Source of the DNA: a virus
Taxonomy: Duplodnaviria > Caudoviricetes
Direction: 5' to 3' (one strand)
Virus record (IMG/VR): IMGVR_UViG_3300048850_000065
Coordinates: 1-30,574 of that record
Length of the DNA stretch: 30,574 nt
Shown here: piece after piece, positions 1-5,754 of the stretch
How the letters are laid out: every line of letters starts with the position of its first letter
Numbering within the stretch: the stretch's first letter is position 1
Notes under the pieces: generated by a model
Seen by the model: only the letters and a program-made list of their open reading frames with translations
The model's database searches: none
What the model was told of the DNA's origin: nothing
Program-made: the position numbers and the translations under genes

Positions 1-72
1 GCCGGCGCGCTGCTGGTGTAGGCGCAGGTGGTGACCGCGCCGGCCATAGGTGACTGTGAAATGTTGGATGGG

Positions 73-351
73 CTAAAACTCCTTGCGGATCCAACTGCAA
101 TAGGTAAGCCAGTCAACGACCCCCCTGCCCACGTTACACTGACGGCAGACCAGGCAGGTGTTATCGAAGGTGTCTTTTCCGCCATCGGCTCGGCGTCGTA
201 GATGTTCGATCGTAGCTGCATCGTGGCGGGTGCGATCAGGAGGCCAGTAGCTCAGCCGTATGAACTTGCGGCAGTACGCGCAGAGTCCATCTTGCTTGTA
301 GAATAGCATCGCGGCCAGGAGCCGCTTTTGCGGCGTTGAAAGACGCGGCAT
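73..351 (-). CDS. HNH endonuclease
   Basis: CAYC ... ATIEH ... GGKDTFDN.CLVCRQCN: CxxC/HNH/CxxC pattern. ATG at 351 chosen (alternative GTG at 378). Confidence 0.85.
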   Translation of the reverse strand: MPRLSTPQKRLLAAMLFYKQDGLCAYCRKFIRLSYWPPDRTRHDAATIEHLRRRADGGKDTFDNTCLVCRQCNVGRGVVDWLTYCSWIRKEF

Positions 352-387
352 GGAACGCACCCCGCAATCAAGCGCCACGGCAACACA

Positions 388-708
388 CTACGTAGGCTGC
401 AGCCGCTCCGTGGTCTTTTGGATTTCATGGATCTGGAAGGCAAGTTCATCAATGCCCGAGTTTTCCCGCAGCTTGAACTCGAGCAGATCTTCCATGGCCT
501 TCAGATTGCTGAACACCTCCCCAGCCAAGGTCACAGCGACCTTGGCCCTCATCTGGAGCTCGTATGCGTCCTGCGACCAGGGGCGGTGCGGGCGGCTGTC
601 CTCAGCGCCCTGCACCTTTTCTTTGCCAGTCTCAGCGGACTGGCGTCTTAATCTTGTGCCTTCCTCGTGCGCGGTTGCCGATGCCGGTCTTAATCTAACA
701 ATGGTCAT
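388..708 (-). CDS. Hypothetical protein, 106 aa, helical C-terminus
   Basis: ATG ORF with GGGGAG upstream, co-oriented with the HNH gene and divergent from the XRE gene. Confidence 0.6.
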   Translation of the reverse strand: MTIVRLRPASATAHEEGTRLRRQSAETGKEKVQGAEDSRPHRPWSQDAYELQMRAKVAVTLAGEVFSNLKAMEDLLEFKLRENSGIDELAFQIHEIQKTTERLQPT

Positions 709-743
709 CTTGGGGTCTCCCCGTTGCTTCGAAAGTGTCGATG

Positions 744-809
744 TGATACCTTTGGATCAATTCGACCCTTATGTCAACACCTTTAGATCAAAATGATACC
801 AATGGATCA
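744..809. promoter_or_regulatory. Three 16-bp operator-like repeats in a divergent promoter region
   Basis: TGATACCTTTGGATCA (744-759), CAACACCTTTAGATCA (775-790), TGATACCAATGGATCA (794-809). Sites 1 and 3 have TGAT-N8-ATCA dyad symmetry. A minus-strand TTGACA lies at 777-772. Confidence 0.7.
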
Positions 810-1068
810 AATTTCTTTGACGGGCCACCAGATTGCCGCGGCGCGCACCCTGGCTGACATGACGCAAAAAGACTTGGCTGCTTTGGCGAATATCTCCATC
901 CCCACCCTAAAGAGGATGGAGGGCGCCAAGAGCGACATAGTCGCAATGTCCAATAACGCGCGAGCTGTACGTGCAGCACTAGAGGGCGTTGGGGTCATCT
1001 TCCTTGATGACGGCGACACAACACCGGGCGGCCCAGGCGTGAGGCTGCGCACGAGCGAGAAGGAGTGA
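793..1068 (+). CDS. XRE-family helix-turn-helix transcriptional regulator
   Basis: QIAAARTLADMTQKDLAALANISIPTLKRME HTH and C-terminal ALE..GVIF....GPGVRLR typical of alphaproteobacterial XRE proteins. Start may be 793 or 802. Confidence 0.85.
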   Translation: MIPMDQISLTGHQIAAARTLADMTQKDLAALANISIPTLKRMEGAKSDIVAMSNNARAVRAALEGVGVIFLDDGDTTPGGPGVRLRTSEKE

Positions 1069-1071
1069 CCG

Positions 1072-1329
1072 ATGCGCGTTCCGACTCTTCGTGACCCTGG
1101 ATTCATCGCGCTAATTGACGAGCATCCAAACGGTAAGTTTGTCCTATGGGATGGCCGCCTGACTGGCGACGAACGCGCCAGTGGGTATAAGTGCCGTTGG
1201 GTGGTCGAGCACTGGGCGTCGGGTGAGAAAAAGATGTATTCGACCAAGGCGGCCGCGCGCATCGACGCGATCAGATGTGCAAAGTCCGTGCATGAACATG
1301 ACCAGTGGTGGGTACAGACTGACGAGTAG
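1072..1329 (+). CDS. Hypothetical protein, 85 aa
   Basis: AAGGAG RBS within the end of the XRE gene; ATG 3 nt after the XRE stop. Confidence 0.65.
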   Translation: MRVPTLRDPGFIALIDEHPNGKFVLWDGRLTGDERASGYKCRWVVEHWASGEKKMYSTKAAARIDAIRCAKSVHEHDQWWVQTDE

Positions 1330-1378
1330 GCTCAGCGCACACGATCGCCCTCCCCTCAGCCCCGTGCTATAAAGCCGA

Positions 1379-1642
1379 ATGACCGAATCCGAACAGCACT
1401 ACGAGTTCTCAGACTTCTCCGGCGAGTTCGTCGACGATGAAATATCTTTGTCTCTGCGCATTTATCGCGTTGCGGGCACCCACCACGACTGGACGCTTGA
1501 GGTGGTCGACGAGGATGGGAACACGACGGTTTGGAATGACACCTTTGATACTGATCAAGAAGCGTACGAAGAATTTTTAGCCATCGTACAGCGGGAAGGA
1601 ATTCGCACTTTTCTAGAAGGCCCTGTGCAAACGTTGCACTGA
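1379..1642 (+). CDS. Small acidic hypothetical protein, 87 aa
   Basis: Protein-like composition (LRIYR...WTLEVVDEDGNTTVWNDTFDTDQEA), resembles small conserved proteobacterial proteins; no function recognised. Confidence 0.75.
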   Translation: MTESEQHYEFSDFSGEFVDDEISLSLRIYRVAGTHHDWTLEVVDEDGNTTVWNDTFDTDQEAYEEFLAIVQREGIRTFLEGPVQTLH

Positions 1643-1645
1643 CGC

Positions 1646-1674
1646 TTGACCGGAAAATCTCGTGCAAATAGCTT
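1646..1674 (+). promoter_or_regulatory. Sigma70-type promoter upstream of the HTH gene
   Basis: (C)TTGACC-N17-TAGCTT, followed by a ~110 nt structured leader. Confidence 0.55.
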
Positions 1675-1790
1675 CCACCTCGCGGCCTCACCAACCGCTA
1701 AGGCGACCCGGCCTCTCACCAAAAAAGGGCGAACCTGCTACCGGAATCTTTTTCGGTGGCAACGTTGAAACGTGAGTGAGAGAGGTGCTT

Positions 1791-2084
1791 ATGCCCCCAA
1801 CGATTCCCCTCGACACCGTTTACACAACTGACGAAGCAGCTGAACGTTTGCGCGTCACTCGCCGCACGATGATCAAGCTCGGCCGCGATCTGGGGGCGTG
1901 CTCCATGATCGGCCGGGAGTACTTTTTCAGCGAGCGCGATCTGCTCGATATCTGGCAGGCTCAGCGGGCAATGCCGACGAGCTCACGAGGACGCGCCATT
2001 AGCGTGAAGGGGTTTCTGTCTGATGTGCGGCTCCAACATTCGCTACAGCGGCTCACGCAGAAAAAGAGGAGGCGCCGCCAATGA
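1791..2084 (+). CDS. Excisionase-like (HTH_17/MerR-type) DNA-binding protein
   Basis: YTTDEAAERLRVTRRTMIKL...IGREYFFSERDL winged-HTH pattern; GAGAGG RBS before ATG 1791. Confidence 0.75.
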   Translation: MPPTIPLDTVYTTDEAAERLRVTRRTMIKLGRDLGACSMIGREYFFSERDLLDIWQAQRAMPTSSRGRAISVKGFLSDVRLQHSLQRLTQKKRRRRQ

Positions 2085-2380
2085 AGATCGATCTTCTTTC
2101 CCAACTTCCGCTCTTCGCCACTGACAAAGAACTGGCCGTGGCGATTGTCGGTAAGGATCGCGCATCCATGTGGGTGAAGGCGGTCATTCCGCAACTCGAA
2201 AAGAAGGGCTTTCCCCGGATTGACCCGCTTCACGACGGGAGGCCGGTACCGCTCGTGCGGAAATTCTATGACGGTTATTTTGGCATCACTGCCGGTTTCG
2301 CGGCGGTAGCGCCCGACGGGAAAGAAAACTTGGGGATGTGGAAGTCCCGGCGCCGCGCCAGGAAGGCTGGCGATGAATGA
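2081..2380 (+). CDS. Prophage hypothetical protein, 99 aa
   Basis: ATGA overlap with the previous gene, GAGGAGG RBS, LEKKGFPRIDPLHDGRP motif. Confidence 0.75.
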   Translation: MKIDLLSQLPLFATDKELAVAIVGKDRASMWVKAVIPQLEKKGFPRIDPLHDGRPVPLVRKFYDGYFGITAGFAAVAPDGKENLGMWKSRRRARKAGDE

Positions 2381-2678
2381 CTCCCCTTGCATCATCGGCA
2401 GCAAGCCGCCACGCCCCCGTCTTGACCACCACTCAAAGTCGATCAACATTCCTACCGGCAACAATTTAGGGGCGTCTCATGAAATCCAAAATCCTAGCCG
2501 TGGCAAGAATCGCCGCGATCGTGTCCTCGCGCTTCAGATGTCGCGCAATTGCGGCCAGATCTCGCTCGGGGATGCTTGCGGGGAATCTAGGCTCATGCTT
2601 TCCTGCGCTCTCCGCATGGCGGTTCAATGGAGGATAAATATCAGGCGAATCTATAGAGACTTCGTACATATTTTCTGA
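2373..2678 (+). CDS. Doubtful ORF; possibly a truncated gene start fused to unrelated sequence
   Basis: Start overlaps the previous stop (ATGAATGA), but after ~22 codons the sequence becomes more AT-rich and the translation looks unconvincing. Confidence 0.3.
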   Translation: MNDSPCIIGSKPPRPRLDHHSKSINIPTGNNLGASHEIQNPSRGKNRRDRVLALQMSRNCGQISLGDACGESRLMLSCALRMAVQWRINIRRIYRDFVHIF

Positions 2679-2690
2679 ACAGGATTACTG

Positions 2691-3005
2691 ATGCCGAGCA
2701 AGCTAACTCGACGACCAAAGAGAGTACGCCAAGGATATGCCACAACGAATTACAATTCGAAAGGAGTGGCTACTTCTATTACGACAAAGAACGGCGCCGA
2801 CACGGTTACTCGTAAATCTGATGGAAGTATGAAGGTCACGCGCAATGTTGGAAACGGGTACTCCTCTATTTCTACCTTTAAGACGCCAAAGATCAAAAAA
2901 CTAAAAAAGGAAAAGCCACTTTCTGCACGAGAGCAGAAACAGGTTTTGTTTACCTTAGCCATTTTCTTCGGCCTTTACCTCATTTGGAAGTCCTTCCAGG
3001 GCTAA
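2691..3005 (+). CDS. Basic protein with C-terminal membrane anchor (loosely DUF4236-like), AT-rich moron
   Basis: K/R/T/S-rich N-terminus (NSKGVATSIT), C-terminal VLFTLAIFFGLYLIW helix, AGGA RBS, visibly more AT-rich than flanks. Confidence 0.7.
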   Translation: MPSKLTRRPKRVRQGYATTNYNSKGVATSITTKNGADTVTRKSDGSMKVTRNVGNGYSSISTFKTPKIKKLKKEKPLSAREQKQVLFTLAIFFGLYLIWKSFQG

Positions 3006-3083
3006 GGCGGAGTGTAGGCTAAATCGCTCACGGCCCTTCTGGTGAAGATATGCTCATCTACACTGTCAACTTCGCCGGGTTGG

Positions 3084-4058
3084 CTAAGCTAGCATATACA
3101 CCCCAGACTCATCCGCCCTCTCCCTGATCCCCTTGAAGGACGCATGCCGCAGTTTCCCGTCATCGGTCCATGCGCGATACTCGACTTCGGCGACCAGGAC
3201 CGGCTCGACGAAGACGGCGCCTTTCCTCCTCAGGACCACGACCGGCGTTTTCGTCGCCATGCCCTCGAGCAACTGGCGGAGCTCGCGCGAAAACTCATGT
3301 AACCAGCCCGTCCCGCAGCCGCCGACATAGGCGAGTTCGTCGCCCTTCCGTGCCGCCAGCAGCAGCCGGCCGAGATGACCAGGCACGGTCGACGGCTCAA
3401 AGCCGACGACGACAAAGCTGTCGCGCCGTTTGCAGGTGATCTTCTGCCACCAGTCGCCGCGACCGGAGCGGTAGGGCTTCTCGACGTGCTTGGCGATGAT
3501 GCCTTCGAGGCCGTGCTCGCACGCTATGCGGAAGAACTCGTCCCCGTCGGCCTGCACCTCCTCCGAAAGGCGAACGGCGCCTTCACGGCCTGCGACGAGC
3601 GGCTCCAGCAGCCGCCGGCGTTCGCGCAGCGGCAGCCGGCGCAGGTCGCGGCCATCGAGGTAGAGGATATCGAAGGCGTAGAAAACGATGGCGCCGGCTT
3701 CGACTGCCGACGGCAATCGCCCGAGCGCCCGCTGTAGCATGCCGAAATCAGATCGGCCCTGATCGTCAAGCACGACAGCCTCCCCGTCCAGGATGGCCGT
3801 TTTCACCGCAAGGCGCCGGGCATCGTCAGCGATCGAGGGAAATCTTTCGGTCCAGTCATAGCCGCCGCGCGTGAGTATCCGCACCCGTCCTGGCTCGATG
3901 TGCACGGCAATCCGGTACCCGTCCCATTTCACCTCGTAGGCCCAGTCCTGCCCTTTCGGCGGCCTGTCCACGAGCGTGGCGAGGCAGGGATCGACGCGCG
4001 CCGGCATAGGATCTGATGGAGGGAGCTCGCGCGGCTTCTTTGAGGATGCTTTGGCCAT
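3084..4058 (-). CDS. ligD: ATP-dependent DNA ligase, stand-alone LigD-type ligase domain
   Basis: Motifs EVKWDGYR (adenylated Lys), ILDGEAVV, FYAFDILYLDG, GLEGIIAK, YRSGR, EVEYRAWT.DGKLRHASFKGIR. No polymerase or phosphoesterase domain. Confidence 0.92.
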   Translation of the reverse strand: MAKASSKKPRELPPSDPMPARVDPCLATLVDRPPKGQDWAYEVKWDGYRIAVHIEPGRVRILTRGGYDWTERFPSIADDARRLAVKTAILDGEAVVLDDQGRSDFGMLQRALGRLPSAVEAGAIVFYAFDILYLDGRDLRRLPLRERRRLLEPLVAGREGAVRLSEEVQADGDEFFRIACEHGLEGIIAKHVEKPYRSGRGDWWQKITCKRRDSFVVVGFEPSTVPGHLGRLLLAARKGDELAYVGGCGTGWLHEFSRELRQLLEGMATKTPVVVLRRKGAVFVEPVLVAEVEYRAWTDDGKLRHASFKGIRERADESGVYMLA

Positions 4059-4093
4059 CACGCCATTAACGCACGAGGCCGCGAAAAGCCGAA

Positions 4094-4127
4094 TTGACTC
4101 TTTGGAGGTAGAGAACATATTGAGAAC
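4094..4127 (+). promoter_or_regulatory. Sigma70 promoter overlapped by an alphaproteobacterial LexA (SOS) box
   Basis: TTGAC at 4094-4098, CATATT at 4116-4121; GAAC-ATATTGA-GAAC at 4113-4127 matches GAAC-N7-GAAC. Confidence 0.8.
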
Positions 4128-4198
4128 ACGCCCGAGGCGGTTCGGGCATTTCCACAAGGTGGGGCGAATGTTGCAACCTCAAACGAGGAGGATCAGCT

Positions 4199-4525
4199 GT
4201 GTCCGATCTCCCCAAACCGAAATACAGATGGCGGCAGACATGGCCGGACCACCAGAAACATTTTACCGGCTTCGATGGCGAGCGGAAATTCGCACACATC
4301 CACTGGTACCATATGGGCTGGTGGAACTGGTTCATGTGCTGGCACTGGGCAAAGAACGCGAGCAGATGGAAACGCCCTAACGGTCAAGCAGACTCGGCAA
4401 GGGCGGCCGCGCTTGAAGCTGAGGCGTGCTACGAAGCTGTCCTGAGGTGCGAATGGCCGGGCATGGTGCCAGAGGACTTGCAGTCCATGCTCGACAATGA
4501 GGAATGGATGCGCACCAGACAGTAG
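4199..4525 (+). CDS. Trp-rich hypothetical protein, 108 aa, probably SOS-inducible
   Basis: GAGGAGG RBS; ORF directly downstream of the LexA-box promoter; PKPKYRWRQTWP N-terminus. Confidence 0.75.
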   Translation: MSDLPKPKYRWRQTWPDHQKHFTGFDGERKFAHIHWYHMGWWNWFMCWHWAKNASRWKRPNGQADSARAAALEAEACYEAVLRCEWPGMVPEDLQSMLDNEEWMRTRQ

Positions 4526-4532
4526 GACGCTA

Positions 4533-4557
4533 GGAACAAGGTGGCACGGCATGCGTT
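4533..4557 (+). promoter_or_regulatory. EcfG/RpoE2 (general stress response) promoter
   Basis: GGAAC-N16-CGTT (4533-4537 / 4554-4557), matching the alphaproteobacterial ECF15 consensus. Confidence 0.7.
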
Positions 4558-4562
4558 AGCTG

Positions 4563-4645
4563 TTGCGCCGCGTGTTCCGCGGCACCAGGTCCCTCAACCT
4601 GTTCTGAGTGCCTGCCCCATCCCCTCGGCAGGCACTCACTTTTTC
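4563..4645 (+). ncRNA. Candidate small RNA with three hairpins and C/U-rich loops
   Basis: GCCGCG-TGTTC-CGCGGC (4567-4583), CAGGT-CCCTCA-ACCTG (4586-4601), TGAGTGCCTGCC-CCATCCCCTC-GGCAGGCACTCA (4605-4638) then CTTTTT. Promoter immediately upstream; no credible ORF. Confidence 0.65.
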
Positions 4646-4652
4646 TAGCCTT

Positions 4653-4826
4653 CTACTTGCTCTGAAGATACGCCATCACCTTGTCGCGGTTCGGCCCGGC
4701 CTCGCGAATGGCCTCAAGCGCCTTCTGCCGCGTCACCTTTGCCGTTCGCATCAGATATGCGACCTCGTGCTCCTGCTCGGAAACGAGCTCGCGGTCACGG
4801 CCTTTTTTCTTCGGATTATCTGCCAT
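4653..4826 (-). CDS. DUF3606-like small protein
   Basis: MADNPKKKGRDRELVSEQEHEVAY...LEAIREAGPNRDKVMAYL; GGAGG RBS. Confidence 0.8.
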   Translation of the reverse strand: MADNPKKKGRDRELVSEQEHEVAYLMRTAKVTRQKALEAIREAGPNRDKVMAYLQSK

Positions 4827-4885
4827 GCTTTTCCTCCATGTAACAAACAAGGAGGATAGGACCCGTTCAGACCTCGGCAAGGTCT

Positions 4886-4910
4886 GGAACCTCACGCGCC
4901 GTGACGTGTT
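4886..4910 (+). promoter_or_regulatory. Second EcfG/RpoE2-type promoter
   Basis: GGAAC-N16-TGTT, just upstream of AAGGAGA RBS and ATG 4933. Confidence 0.6.
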
Positions 4911-4932
4911 GATCAGGCCAAGGAGACAGGTC

Positions 4933-5172
4933 ATGGCCGACGCGCAAAAGATGAAGAAGCTGATCTGGGATTGCCAGAAGGATATTGCCGCCTACCTTCC
5001 GCCGACGAGCGGCATTTCAGAGCACGAGCTGCTTCAGATGCTCATCGCCCGTCTCGACGGTAGCCAGGCAAAGGAAGCGCTTGGGGATGATTGGAAGGGG
5101 TGGTGGCCGGACGATGACGGCGGGGACGATGACGGCTGCAGCCCCGCCCCTCAGGATCGCGAGATGGCCTGA
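4933..5172 (+). CDS. Hypothetical protein, 79 aa, acidic C-terminus
   Basis: AAGGAGA RBS and ATG 4933 (MADAQKMKKLIWDCQKDIAAYLPP). Confidence 0.7.
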   Translation: MADAQKMKKLIWDCQKDIAAYLPPTSGISEHELLQMLIARLDGSQAKEALGDDWKGWWPDDDGGDDDGCSPAPQDREMA

Positions 5173-5180
5173 CACAAATA

Positions 5181-5209
5181 GAGCTGCAGCGGGGGACCAA
5201 CTGCAGCTC
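5181..5209. terminator. Perfect 9-bp hairpin after the 4933-5172 gene
   Basis: GAGCTGCAG-N11-CTGCAGCTC; a weak U-tract (TATTTG) only on the minus strand. Confidence 0.45.
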
Positions 5210-5754
5210 CGGTCGCGACGTGTCATCTTCTAGCTGGGGCGCAATTGCCCTGTTCCATTCAAGGGAACCGCTTCGAACGTCGCTTCAAACAAAAGAGGTA
5301 GCGAGGACGAAAGCAGGGTCAATGGCTTCGGGTCAGCCGCCGACTGCAGCGAGTGCCCGACAAGGTTGCCCGCAACGCCGCTATCGCAACCAACCTGTGG
5401 AATTCCAAGCGAGCCCTTCCCTACCGCCTTTCAGCGTGCTTAGTTGCGTTTGGGGTAAGTTTCTTCTTAGAGGGGCGATATTTGACAATCCGTATACTAG
5501 TGCTGGCTACCACGCTGGCTGCTTTGTAGTGGGCTACGCCCTGATGATGTCGGGTCGGTCGACATAGCGGTTCGATCGCCACGATGCCGCTTCCTTCGGC
5601 CAACCCCGCCTCCCGTCACGTCCGTTCACGTGGGGCAACCTCAGAAGTTGCGCATGCGGCGTCTTGCTTAGAGCCGGCCGGCCGCTGTTCCCCTCCGGTA
5701 AGGACGCGCCCGAAACATTTCCCACCCGTACAATTAGAACAATGGCACATTAGA

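Noticed and set aside
2466-2669. Minus-strand 67-aa ORF as an integrase remnant
   Set aside because: No tyrosine-recombinase catalytic residues in a recognisable pattern.
5173-5256. Second sRNA on the minus strand ending at the 5181-5209 hairpin (loop UUGGUCCCCCG)
   Set aside because: The upstream GGAAC is followed at 16 nt by AGCT rather than CGTT and the U-tract is weak; kept only as a hairpin.
5220-5567. 115-aa ORF and a TTGACA near 5482
   Set aside because: No RBS or motif for the ORF, and no -10 at suitable spacing; may be decayed sequence.
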